From: Octopus vulgaris
Taxonomy: Eukaryota
Length of the DNA: 64,000 nucleotides
Reading direction: 5' to 3'
NCBI GenBank assembly: GCA_951406725.2
Contig: OX597839.1
Coordinates: 22,568,001-22,632,000, forward strand
In this document: positions 27,300-40,096 of the stretch, one piece after another
How positions within the stretch are numbered: position 1 is the first letter of the stretch
How the letters are laid out: each line of letters opens with the position of its first letter
Made by a program: the position numbers and the translations under genes
Notes under the pieces: model-generated
What the model was told of the DNA's origin: nothing
Database searches by the model: none
Seen by the model: only the letters and a program-made list of their open reading frames with translations

Positions 27300-27705
27300 A
27301 GGCGCAGGAGTGGCTGTGTGGTAAGTAGCTTGCTAACCAACCACATGGTTCCGGGTTCAGTCCCACTGCGTGGCATCTTGGGCAAGTGTCTTCTGCTATA
27401 GCCTCGGGCCGACCAAAGCCTTGTGAGTGGATTTGGTAGACGGAAACTGAAAGAAGCCTGCCGTATATATGTATATATATATATGTGTATGTGTGTGTGT
27501 TTGTCCCCCTAGCATTGCTTGACAACCGATGCTGGTGTGTTTACGTCCCCGTACCACTTAGCGGTTCGGCAAAAGAGACCGATAGAATAAGTACTGGGCT
27601 TACAAAGAATAAGTCCCGGGGTCGATTTGCTTGACTAAAGGCGGTGCTCCAGCATGGCCGCAGTCAAATGACTGAAACAAGTAAAAGAGTAAAAGAGTAA
27701 AGAGT
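27300..27705 (+). mobile_element. SINE family A, full length
   Basis: Near-identical to young copies. Confidence 0.9.
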
Positions 27706-28377
27706 ATCCCATTTGCGACATCTTTATTTTTCTTATTTTGTGGTAGTAGTAGTAGTAGTAGATGTAGTAGAGGTGGTAGTATTTAGTGTTCGTATATTTA
27801 TTTATTTTCATAAGAAATATTTTCGGCACAAAGATATAATGTTGCAGAAAATAACATTGTTACCTTACATTCCTCTCCATAAAAGATACTCGCTTAAAAT
27901 ATAACCTCCGACGAAATAAAAACCATGGCAAGCTTAAATTGATACACACCTCGGGTGCTCGTATATCTAGAATTATGAAGCTAAAATATCAAAGCACTGT
28001 TCCTTAACTACTCTTTTAGAAACGACAAGCCATTTTTATCTGGAAAGGCAGAGGCTGAGCCTAAAATTGAAACTTTACGAACCGAGAGCAAAGCCAAGTG
28101 AAGTAGCTGATTAAAAATAAACAACTTCTCTCAAAGATAATCGGCAGAAAGTTCTAGATCTCTTTATCTTTTGTTTATTTTGGTATCACCAACTTATGTA
28201 ATTATTATGTTAACCATCGGATGATGGGGTGGACCCTTGAAATCTACATAAATGATATTTTATAATGTGATCCTTTGGAGCGATTTCTGGTGCTGTTTAA
28301 CCCTGGGTCAGTACTGACTGAACAGTCTTTGATCATAGGAATTCTAACCATGACCATTCTGTAGTTTCTTTAATAGC

Positions 28378-28460
<83 letters not shown>

Positions 28461-29369
28461 GCATCTTCTTCCGCACAACTTTTCTCCACCAAATCCTATT
28501 AACAAAACATTAGTCAATCTAATATTAAAAAACCAAAAGTGCCACAGAATGGAACTGAACTTAAAACTGCATGATTGTGGACCAAGGTCTTTAACCTCCT
28601 GGTCATACTTACACCTAGGTTTATAGTTTCCCTCAATGCAAACCAAATCCTAATGAGTAGAGGATGTTACCTTAACTAAATGGAATGAACCAAAGGGTTT
28701 TTAATTAAAACTACACCCATAACGAGAACAAGCAGTCATCCTGTACCTCGCTAAGTCTGGTCATGAAAGGTAGGAGAGACAACTCCAGGATTTAATTAAA
28801 AATGAAGGCAGTTAATTGGCAGAGTCATTAGGGCAGTAGAACGAATGCCTTGGGTCATTCCAACTGACTGTGCTCTGAGTTCAAATGTTTCCAGAGTCAA
28901 TTTTGCTTTCCATTCTTTAAGGGCTGATAACAAAGTACCACCCCAGAGTAGTGGATTGGTAGAACTGTTAAAGGGTCAGGCGAGATACCCTTGAGAATAT
29001 CTCTTCTAGTTGTCTTGTGTTCTGAGAGCAAAGTTGGCAATGATAATAAAACCAAAATATATTGGATCAGGGGTCAGTAGCATTTCTCTTGGATAAACAC
29101 TGGTGATGTGGAGAGAGATGCAGGTGACCTACCATGAGGGGGGAAAGTGTCAGTCTTCTTCAAAACAGCCTTTCCCCCAGATGCATGGTCCACCTTGACC
29201 AATGGAAGTCCCCTTAATTAAAAACATGATGTAATGATAATTACAACATTGAATTAACAGAACACATCTACTGCAAACCATCTAACAAGCCTGTGACATT
29301 CAGTTCAACCTATAATGACTGTCAACCGTTCATCCATGTCAAATACAACTCATGTCCTAGACTCTAGTC

Positions 29370-29725
29370 CAGGGATGGCCAACCAGAGGCCCGCAGGCCA
29401 CATGCGGCACACAGACTTTTATCTTGCGGCACACAGACCTTTATCTTGCAGCCTGCTTGATACTTTCTTAAAATGGGTTTATTTAAACAAACATTTTAAA
29501 AATCTTATTAAAAATTAAAGATTGTAATGAAAAGTAAAAAAAGAAAGTTACTACTGTTTTTTGCAAAGATAATATTTCATGTTGAATCAATCAACGATCA
29601 TTCATTCATTATCGTAATAATAGCATGAGAAAGCAAAATGCTTTCAATTCTGTCAGTATACAGGCGGCCCTTAAAAAAATCAGTGATTAAAGTTGCCCGT
29701 AATGTAATTTGAGTTGGCCAGCCTG
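29370..29725. mobile_element. hAT-type MITE with 8-bp TSD
   Basis: CAGGGATGGCCAAC...GTTGGCCAGCCTG; TSD ctctagtc / ctctagtt. Confidence 0.85.
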
Positions 29726-31579
29726 CTCTAGTTGATCTGTCAGAGTCCAACCCCACAACATGGACCCAGGCCCACAACATCTCTCCGTGCCCATTTCCTG
29801 TCCTAAACACACAACACTGTCTGTTTACCAATTCTTTTCCTACAAACTATGCAAGACTCCCACGTGATATTTTTCTTTCAGTTCTCTAGTCCTTCCTTAA
29901 CTTTAGTCTTTAGTCATATTTATCATTAGTCTTTCATCATTCTTTGTCACTCATCATTCCATGAATCTTTACCTTCCAATTTGATTTTCATCTCTTAACC
30001 CGTTTACTGTCAACCCATCCATGACCACCTCTACTTCCATAACACAAAAACTAATGTTTTAAAAGATACACACTAAAATTAGAATTTCTTAGCAGCAGGA
30101 AGGGCATCTGACTACAAAACAATGTCCCAAGAACATGCATCCATCTAACCCATGCTAACATGGGAAAACAGACATAAAGCAAAAACAAACAGCTACCGGT
30201 AAGATATTGGGGGTCAATTCAGTCAATCATACTTGTCCCTTTTAAAATGTCTGATGAACTGCTTTTCTTAGCTAAGGGAGTTATTTCTAGTTTAGATTCC
30301 ATTGCTAGCTATGAGCTTTTTTTTTTTTAAATGATAGCTCTATTTTATTTGGCCCAGCACAACGCCAGGCATTCAAATATCTTTTAGAAAATTGATACCA
30401 CTGGTATGTTATTGTTATTAGAAATTCTGTCAAATAGTAATATTACCTGTAAGATGCTCTCTCTCTCTCTCTCTCCTTCATAATAATATCCCACAAATTG
30501 CATCTGGTTTACCATTAGTAGCAGAGCAGTGTGAAATTTCAAAACAAACTGTCCTAGAACCTGAATAATTGGTTCTACTAAGATGAGCAACTAATTTGAT
30601 ATGAGATACTTAAGCGAAATACTCGACTGGAAGTAACACACATTCACTGCTGCAGCTTGAGAAGGGAGACGGTGGAGGCGGCACAGACAAGAATGTAGAC
30701 ACACTTCAATGTTTACACTAGACTCCTGTCTAACAGGGTTCAAATCATACCAAGGTTCACATCACTAATTAGAAACCTCTACAGCTTGATTACATAATTA
30801 GCAGCTGTTGTTGTTGTTCTTAAAGTTGTGGTTGTTTAGCCCTGGGTCTGACAAGACTGAGCAGATCTATGACCAAAGGCGTTCCACCTCAGGCCATCTT
30901 TTCTGGCACCGTTTATCTCGGACAACATTATTCAATGTCTTTTTTGTCTATTTTTTTAAAGATAGCAAGATGTGATTTGAGGCAATTTATCTGCTATTTC
31001 TCACAGAGTGGCCCCACTGAATTTCCTTCCCTTGGTCTATCAAACAGTAAATAATCACAAATTAACTGCCCCAGGAGGGGGATGAACTTATTCAACAAAA
31101 ACAACACAACTCCATGTTCTCTCCATTCCTTTAATAACAATCTTTTATTTCTCTGTTTCTGACATATTTTAGCCAGTTTGTCTTCCTGAATAACTGTGTA
31201 CTCCTTAGGGAGTACTTGTGTACTCCTTAGGGAATATTTGTGTACTCTTAAGGGAGTACACAACAGGAGTCCTCATACAATAACCACTACCCCTAGACTA
31301 ATCACTGTTTTAGGACACAGAAGACAGACGGCAGCTAAGCTTTGGTACTCTGTTTAGTAGAGTACCACTATTACATAGATGGCACCACATTTCTAAATGT
31401 ACTTAGTGTTGTTGGGAAACTGGGCCCAGGAAGGCTTTTTCAAAAGATAAGGATATATTCATACAAAGCCAGGTCTTCTAAATGCTGATTAGAGGTCTTT
31501 GAAATATAGCACACGTTGTTGTGACCACAGAGGGTCTGTGAGGACAAGGGACACAGCCCCTTGCTCTATGATCAGGCTT

Positions 31580-31805
31580 TTCTTTTATTCTTTTACTGCT
31601 TTCAGTCATGTGACTGTAGCCATGCTGGAGCATCACTTTTAAGGGTTTCAGTCGAAGAAATTGACCCCCAAGACTTATTCTTTGTAAGCCTGTTAGTTTT
31701 ATTCTATTAGTCTCTTTTGCCGAACCGCTAGATTATGGGGACACAAACACACCAACATCGGTCGTCAAGTGATGGCAAGGAGCAAATACAGACACACACA
31801 CACAT
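31580..31805 (-). mobile_element. SINE family A, 3' half
   Basis: Sequence similarity to family A. Confidence 0.8.
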
Positions 31806-32022
31806 AAATATATCCGCTAGTACAGCTGGACCAATAGACCAAGGTAATGAAAGAACAAGTTTTACCTTGTTTGGGAGGAGAGTAACATTGAGGTTACTAA
31901 GAGGGTTACTAATGCTAATAGCGTACTAAATAACCGTCAATCCTCTTCTCTCTCCCTCCCTCCCTCATTTTCCTAATCATCATCTCTGTGTATCTAAATC
32001 AGTCTACGTATCATTTACTCAC

Positions 32023-32095
32023 CTCAAAAACTTGGCAGGAAATCCCACCAAAAATGAAATGTTAGCATTTATTACAAGAAATACAGGGGAAGGTT
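32023..32095 (-). CDS. Candidate 73-nt exon (open only with phase-1 entry and phase-2 exit: EPSPVFLVINANISFLVGFPAKFL), or a UTR exon
   Basis: tctgac...ttatttctcttcatctcag| acceptor with branch-like site, and GAG|GTGAGT consensus donor. Confidence 0.3.
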
Positions 32096-32138
32096 CTGAG
32101 ATGAAGAGAAATAATTGTGTCAGATTTACTAAATAATG

Positions 32139-32169
<31 letters not shown>

Positions 32170-32410
32170 TGGAATTATAGATTTTTATCTCAAGAAAAAT
32201 AAAAAAAAAATACAGCAAAATAAGTGGAAAAGAAAAATGATGAAGAAAATGAAAATTATGAAGAAATAGGAGATCAGAGGTGAATAAGCAAAGGAGAAGG
32301 AAATGGTATGAAGAAGGGATGTTATACCCAGAAGAATTCACGTTGAGAAGGAGTGGAACAACCACCAACAAACAGGCAGGCAACTCCACCACTCCTCCCT
32401 TGCCACTCAC

Positions 32411-32447
32411 CACAAAAATAGCAACTAGGAAGTTGTGAGTTACACAT
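32411..32447 (-). CDS. Candidate alternative first coding exon (MCNSQLPSCYFC + G, phase 1)
   Basis: acaATG context, 12 open codons, GTG|GTGAGT donor; joins in frame to 32023-32095. Confidence 0.25.
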
Positions 32448-33994
32448 TGTAGTAATAATTTAGATGAACTGAAGAAGAAACTAGATTCTCTGGCATCTTT
32501 TGAATTCTATTGTGTTGGCCAATTAGCAATTATTCCAAACGATGGAAGAAAGTAGCTAGAAACCATTCTATTTTTTTTTTTTGTTTCAGAAGAAAAAAAA
32601 GTCTGTAGGGTGGGGGTGGGTATAGTTAGACCTGTTCCTAGAAACCATTCTATTTTTTTTTTTTGTTTCAGAAGAAAAAAAAAGTCTGTAAGCTAGGGGT
32701 GGGGGTGGATATAGTTAGACCTGTTCCCACACCTAACCGAAAATATTTTGGTTTATTGAAGTAGAATCCTCCTTGTCAGTCAAACAATACAGCTGGTAGC
32801 TAAATATAAAAAAAAGGTTGGGGTGGTGAGGAGGATAAATGTTGCAAGAAAATTTTGCATTTAAATGTATTTCTTTTATATCAGACAAGTTTTCTTGGTG
32901 GCATTCGTTTCTAGGAATTATCAAAGACAAATATAACCAACAAGATGGCGAAAATGAAAAATGGAAGTGACAAATTAGAAATAAAATTGAATTATCGATT
33001 GATAAAACGATTTAAAAGTCAGTAAAATGGCAGAGGAGGTGGTGGTGGTCAGCTGTGGAGAGGAAGACTAAAATATTACTGCCACAGGTCATTAAACAGA
33101 TTCTCTCCATTTTCAATCAAACCAATTCTTATTCTTGAAATGTGAGAGAGAAGCCATTACAGATCAGAGTTCATTTTAACTCATTTCAGAATAACTTGTC
33201 TGACAAATGTCTCAAAGTTCTTTGATATAAACCGACCTGTTTTAAAGAGTCTCTTACACAGGAATTAAAATATTCAACCATTATTTTGCATAACAGCTTT
33301 AACCCTTTAGCATTTAAACTGGCTATAACTAGCTCAAATATCCTACCTGTTTTATGTTCAAACCAGAGAGATCCAGCCTCTCACACCTACCCTACAATGT
33401 CATTCTAAAAATAGACAATCCCGTCCTGCTGACCTTGCAATATATATTGGAGATAATAACTAGCTCAAATATCCTACCTGTTTTATGTTCAAACCAGAGA
33501 GATCCAGCCTCTCACACCTACCCTACAATGTCATTCTAAAAATAGACAATCCCGTCCTGCTGACCTTGCAGTGTATATTGGAGATACAAAGAAATGCGCT
33601 TAGTTTTGGTTAAACCAAAATTAACCAAAATGGGGTGAAGATTTGATAAAAATAAAATATTTTTAAAGAATGGTGAGTAGATTTGCCTTCATGTTAAGTC
33701 TCAAAACTCTGTACCAGTTGATGGCCCCAAAATAAAACTGTGTACAACCCCACCCTAGTTTTATATATTGGGGTCACAGGAGAAATTTCAGAAAGCATTT
33801 ATCTTCTTTGTAAAAGTATTTCTTCCACTAATGCGTTTAATTAATTATGCTGTTACAGGTGAGTAACATAAAAAAATATAGGTGTCACCGTTTTAGCGGT
33901 ACATCTTGCAAATTGCTTGGTGACCTCATTGGAGTCAAAACCATGTAAAATACACCCACACACAGTTTTCATTTACCAAATTTCACTCCCAAAG

Positions 33995-34360
33995 AAGCAT
34001 GCTTCCTAGCCACATGGTTTCAGGTTCAGTCCCACTGCATGGCACCTTGGGCAAGTGTCTTCTTCTATAGCTTCAGGCCGACCAAATTCTTGTGGGTAGA
34101 TTTGGTAGAGGAAAACTGAAAGAAGCCTGATGTACACACACACATGTACATACGTGAGTGTGTGTATGTGTGTGTGTCTTTGTCTCCCACCACTGTTTGA
34201 CAACCAGTGTTGGTGTTTTTAAGTCCCTGTAACTTAGTGGTTTGGCAAAAGAGACCAATAGAATAAATATCAGGGTTCAAAAGAAAATAAGGACTGGAGT
34301 TGATTTGAGGGAATAGAAATTCTTGCACGACTGCAGACTGAAACAAGTGAAAAATAAAGG
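33995..34360 (+). mobile_element. SINE family A (diverged)
   Basis: Sequence similarity to family A. Confidence 0.8.
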
Positions 34361-34379
34361 TTTTGGTGAAGTCTTCTGA

Positions 34380-34720
34380 ATTACAATTCTGTCAGCAACA
34401 TGGATGGTTGGGTGAGAATTTGTCAACCACCAGCTGGACACGAGAGGGAGAGAATGAAGTGGACAATGGTTTGGGCAGACCACGATGCAGATCAATAAAA
34501 AACATTAATAGACAGGCCCCTTTACAGAACCCTCAACGAAAATATAGAAGCTGGTCCTAAGTTTCCTGGTGTAGGGTCATTCAGGGGATTGTCACAGAGA
34601 TAAAGCTCACCTGGTAAGAACTAGAGACCATGGCACTGGACAGGAGAACAGAGAGATGCTAATGGCCGGAGCTTTAGGGGGGAGGGCAAGGCCACAGAAG
34701 ACAAAGAAGATAACGAGTAC
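34380..34720 (+). pseudogene. Highly decayed RTE-like LINE 3' relic
   Basis: Conceptual peptides GRPRCRSIKNI and LETMALDRR resemble the GRPxxxWxDxI and AxDRxxWR motifs at RTE ORF ends. Confidence 0.3.
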
Positions 34721-34906
34721 AGATAAATGGTTTGGTATGTGGTACTTCATTATGCAAGCTTGATATACTTTGAAGTACACTAAATGATTTTATAAGTCAG
34801 TGGCACATTCTATAGTTCTATAGTTTCTGTCGGATATCTGTAGAAATGACCTTAACAAAATCTGAATCTAAGGAACTTAGCAGTAACCATGGTAATAGAA
34901 TGCAAA

Positions 34907-35137
34907 GGCGGCGACCTAGCAGAATCGTTAGCACGTCGGGCGAAATGCTTAGCGGTATTTCGGCTGCCGTTACGTTGTGAGTTCAAATTCCGCCAAGGTC
35001 GACTTTGCCTTTCATCCTTTCGGGGTCGATAAATTAAGTACCAGTTAAGCACTGAGGTTGATATAATCGACTTAATACCTATGTCTGTCCATGTTTGTCT
35101 CCTCTATGTTTAGCCCCTTGTGGGTAATAAAGAAATA
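34907..35137 (+). mobile_element. tRNA-derived SINE family B with ~17-bp TSD
   Basis: GGCGGCGA.CTAGCAGAATCGTTAG / GAGTTCAAATTC boxes, core GCCTTTCATCCTTTCGGGGTCGATAAATTAAGTACCAG; TSD ggtaatagaatgcaaag / ggtaacaaaatgcaaag. Confidence 0.9.
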
Positions 35138-35726
35138 GGTAACAAAATGCAAAGAGAGGTCTGTAGGTGATTTTAGTAAGTTTGGTTCTGATGGAGAATA
35201 AATATTGATTCTACACCGTAAGCAAACTAACAAACGTCTTACAAACTCTTTTTGGATTTCAAAATATAATTTGGCTTTTTATTGTCACCCGCTTACAAAT
35301 GGGGGATATGAAGGGATGGAGGAAACGGATTTTAATTTAATTGTATTGTTGTATGAGATGAGGAGAGCGAGAGAGATGAATTACGTAAATTGCATAACCA
35401 TTACATTAAGGTTTGACAGTGTGGGGGAGCGAGACATCATAAGTCTTACACCCACACAAATGCGCACACATACACACGTGTGCACACGCACGCATACATA
35501 GTAGATACTCATCTCTTTTATATTGTCAGGGAAGACAATAGGAAGACAAGAAAGATATGGGGTGTAAAATACCTGCAATAAGTGTTGAAAGGGTACAAGT
35601 AAGATGTGGGTGGGGTGCTAGACGGGGAGAGGTGAAAAATTAGAGTAAAAAAAAAAGAAGCAAAAATGCAAAGAAAAAACAAAAAAAAAAAATACAGACA
35701 ACACAATATAATGCAATTGCAGGCGA

Positions 35727-35740
35727 GTAACCATGGCAAC
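35727..35740. promoter_or_regulatory. RFX X-box-like motif GTAACCATGGCAAC
   Basis: Fits the GTHNYY-AT-RRNAAC consensus, in unique sequence. Confidence 0.35.
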
Positions 35741-36402
35741 AAAGTCTGTGACTCCCTACTCTAATATAAGAGTTCTTTCATCAGTTATAACCATTTCCTT
35801 ACAGCAAGATTGACCTAGTAAAGGTAGGTTGATTTATAGGGAAAGCAAAGGGAGGGGTGGGACAAAGGATGAGGAAGGGCTGAGAGAGAGAGAGAGAGGG
35901 GAGAGGGGAGAGGGGAGAGGGAGGGAATGAGGGCAAGATTAATACAGAAAAACGGAAAGGGGGAGGGAGAGCAAGAGAGAGAGATAGCGGGAGGTAAGGG
36001 AATGATTGGGAGACAGAAAAAAAAAGGGAAAGAGAGAGAGAGAGAGGGAAAGTTAAAAGCCCTCTGCTAAGAGGGACTGACTGACACTAAACAACAACAA
36101 CAACAACAACAGTGACAAAGGAGAATGAGGGAGGGAGGGGGGAAGTAGTTGTTGTAAGTATTCTTTGTTAAAAATCCTGGGAGTCTGCTGAAGGGATCTT
36201 CCTCCTCCTCCTCCTCACTAGGTCTGTCTAGAATCAATTATGGAATGGGGAAAACTGCAAAAGCAAGGTCAAACAGAACAAAAAAAAAAAAAAAAATACA
36301 TACATGTGATGATAAAAATAAGACACACGAAAAAATTGCGAATATATCTGTAACATGTAATATATAATAGCTTTGATATAATGTTTAAATATTGAACAAG
36401 TA

Positions 36403-36451
<49 letters not shown>

Positions 36452-36694
36452 CATACATATATGTGTATGTATGAATAATTTTGCATACATATGTAAATAA
36501 ATAAATAAATATATATATATGTAATTAAATTTATATATTGAAAAAGTATTTATATATAATTAAAAATAGATTTATACATATATATATATGCACACACACA
36601 CACACATATATATATATATGTGCATATATATATATATGTATAAATCTATTTTTAATTATATATATAACTGCTTTTTCAATATATAAATTTATTT

Positions 36695-36747
<53 letters not shown>

Positions 36748-36819
36748 CATATATATATATGTATAAATCTATTTTTAATTATATATATATAAATGCTTTT
36801 TCAATATATAAATTATGTG

Positions 36820-36851
<32 letters not shown>

Positions 36852-37230
36852 TATAAATTTACAGGCATACACACACATATGCACACACACACACACACAC
36901 ATGTGTAGCTTTGTGTAGAGTTGTAATTATTTGACAAGAGATTCCAAGAGATTCCGATCTGATAGCGTGACCCTGCATGTCAAAATAGAAACAATTGTAT
37001 TTTCCTCATGGGAGGGCGCCAACGGATATTGGAAACATGCTAGTACCATTATATCCAACTTTGCAATCGTGTCAAAGCCTTTTGCTGGACTTTTTACAGC
37101 TTGGTCACTAATAACCTATTCCACACTAGTGAGGAATGGATAAAAAAGGGACTACACTACGGTAACAAAAGACTTTGAAATTTCATAACATATATTTCTA
37201 AGAGAAAATCCTTTTAAAAACTGTAAACAT

Positions 37231-37388
37231 GACGCAGGAGTGGCTGTGTGGTAAGAAGCTGGCTTCCCAACCACATGATTCCAAGTTCAGTCCCACTGCT
37301 TGGCATCTTGGACAAATGTCTTCTACTATAGCCTCAGGCCAAACAAAGCCTTGTGAGTGGATTTGGTAGACGGAAACTGAAAGAAGCT

Positions 37389-37420
<32 letters not shown>

Positions 37421-38035
37421 ACTCTTTACTCTTTTACTCTTTTACTTGTTTCAGTCATTTGACTGCAGCCATGCTGGAGCACCGCCTTTTAGTCGAGCAA
37501 ATCGACCCCGGGACTTATTCTTTGTAAGCCCAGTACTTATTCTATCGGTCTCTTTTGCCGAACCGCTAAGTGACGGGGACATAAACACACCAGCATCGGT
37601 TGTCAAGCAATGCTAGGGGGACAAACACATACACACACATATATATATATATACATATATACGACAGGCTTCTTTCAGTTTCCATCTACCAAATCCACTC
37701 ACAAGGCATTGGTCAGCCCGGGGCTATAGCAGAAGACACTTGCCCAAGATGCCACGCAGTGGGACTGAACCCGGAAGCATGTGGTTGGTTAGCAAGCTAC
37801 TTACCACACAGCCACGTGTGTGTGTGTGTGTTTGTGTGTCTATGCTTGTCCCCTCACCATCGCTTGACAACCAATGTTGGTGTGTTTACCTCCTCGTAAC
37901 TTAGTGGTTCAGCAAAAGAAACCAATAAAATAAGTACTAGGCTTACAAAGAATAAATCATGGGGTCGATTTGTTCGACTAAAGTCGGTGCTCTAGCATGG
38001 CCACAGTCAAATGACTGAAACAAATATAAGAATAA
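37231..38035 (+). mobile_element. SINE family A split by an inverted younger family-A copy (37421-37815)
   Basis: Head 37231-37395 and tail 37816-38035 on +; young copy on - inserted in the internal (TA)n. Confidence 0.9.
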
Positions 38036-38089
38036 CCATACATGTTGGTTTTAAATGGTAGTCCTCCTTACTTTACCAGATATTACTAT

Positions 38090-38230
38090 TCTGTACGTTC
38101 TGAGTTCAAATTGACTTTGCCTTTCATACTTTTGCGGTCGATAAATTAAGTACCAGTCAAGTAATGGGGTCGACATGATTGACTTTCTCCCTCCCCTAAA
38201 ATATCAGGCCTTGTGCCTTTAGTAGAAAGG

Positions 38231-38277
<47 letters not shown>

Positions 38278-38485
38278 GGCAGTAAACTGGCAGAGTCGTT
38301 AGCACACTGGGTAAAATGCTTAGCAGCATTTTATCTGTCCTCATGTTCCGAGTTCAAATTCCGCCAAGGTTGACTTTGCCTTTAATCCTTTCGGGGTCAG
38401 TGAAATAGGTGCCAGCTGGGCACTGGGGTTGCTGTCTCCTCCCCCAAGACTTCAGGCCTTGTGCCTGTAAGTGGAAAGGATTATT
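38090..38485 (+). mobile_element. Two tandem SINE family B copies (ATT-tail subtype) joined by (TTA)n
   Basis: Same arrangement as 25105-25578, on +. Confidence 0.8.
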
Positions 38486-38979
38486 ATGATGAAAAGAAGA
38501 CTAGTATTGAAATATTGACGAAATGATGTTCTGGTATTTTCTGAGACTTACTCTTGGCAAATTCCTCAAATCCTGGCGCCTATTTTGCTATCTTATCGTT
38601 AATTTCAGTTGTGTATTAACTGATTAAATATCTAGATATGGAGATTAATGATTCAGTGATTGTATTTCTAATGAATTACTCTGCCCGCATGCTTTAATTA
38701 ATTTCTAAAATAATCAAGATGTTTTCTTTCATCAATTTGTTAGACACAGGGGAAGGGATGTGTCAATGAATAGGGTCACCTAGAAAGGAGAAAGTTACCC
38801 CTAGAGCAGGGATTTGGCAACTACTAAGACCCTTTGGAATGATAACCACTCCATTATGGGAGTGTTTCTGGGAACATAAAGTAAATGGACTTAACATACA
38901 ATAGAAACAGAAGCTTAGTATGACAGAACCAGGAATACTCTCAGACATCTTGGCAACCAAAATATCACAATCCAGCCAT

Positions 38980-39702
38980 CAGCATTCACATTACTCTGTT
39001 AAATGCTAATCCTTATCTATCCACATTGTTTTCAATAAATCATGGATTATCTCCTAGCTTTGAGATTCCAATGAAGTGATTGTTTGTTTTTAGAATGACA
39101 TTGTAGGATAGGTGTAAGGGGTCAGATTTGGCCATCTGGGTCTGGATATGGCTGGTTTACATGCTAAAGGGTTAAAGAGAGTAGGGAGTTTGTTGAAGGA
39201 GAGATTTGGCTGTTATAAACAGAACAGCTCCCTCACTGGTTCATGTGGTCCCTATTTTGACCCTTTAGCATTCTTCAGATTACTCACCCAAATATAAAGC
39301 TTATCTATTCCCATTGTTTTGAACTAATCAGACATTATCTCCTAGCTTTGAGATTTCAATGATTGGATTGCTTTATTCTTAGAAAGACATTGTAGGGTAG
39401 GTGTGAGAAGCAGGATCTGGCTGGTTTAAACATAAAACAGACAAAATACTTGGGCCCAGATATGGTGAATTCAGCCCTTTAGCATTCAGATTTATTCTGT
39501 CAAATGTAATCCTTATTCATTCATATTGCTTTGAATTAATCATGGATTATCTCATGGCTTCAAAGCTTTCAATGATGGGATTGATAAGTTTTCAGAAATG
39601 ACATTGTAAGGTAGGTGTGAGAGGCCTGATCGTGTTCATTTGAACATAAAACAGATGAAATATTAGGGCCAGATATGACTGGTTTAGCTGGTAAATGGTT
39701 AA
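38980..39702. mobile_element. Cluster of three piggyBac-type MITEs (CCCTTTAGCATT family)
   Basis: Repeated ccctttagcatt...gacattgtagggtaggtgtgaga...gctaaagggttaa. Confidence 0.75.
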
Positions 39703-39864
39703 ATTTAATGCAGTTGGCCAAACTAATGGTATGTAAAGGATGATATGTAAAGAATTTCCAGCTTCTAACTAGGTTAATGGTAAGTCCTCCTCCAACATCT
39801 CACTGATGGCACCAAAGTGAGTTGGGTTAGGTATTCCATAACATTACAAGCTAATTACTATATA

Positions 39865-40096
39865 TATTTCTTTACTACCCACAAGGGGCTAAACATAGAG
39901 GGGACAAACGAGGACAGACAAAGGGATTAAATCGATTACATCGATCCCAGTGCAAATCTGGTACTTAATTTATCGACCCCGAAAGGATGAAAGGCAAAGT
40001 CGACCTTGGCGGAATTTGAACTCAGAACGTAACGACAGACGAAATACGGCTACGCATATCGCCCGGCGCGCTAACATTTCTGCCAGCTCGCCGCCT
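39865..40096 (-). mobile_element. SINE family B with 16-bp TSD
   Basis: caagctaattactata at 39847 and 40100. Confidence 0.9.

Noticed and set aside
33845-33864. ttacag|GTGAGT possible recursive splice site on +
   Set aside because: Weak polypyrimidine tract and opposite to the main candidate gene.
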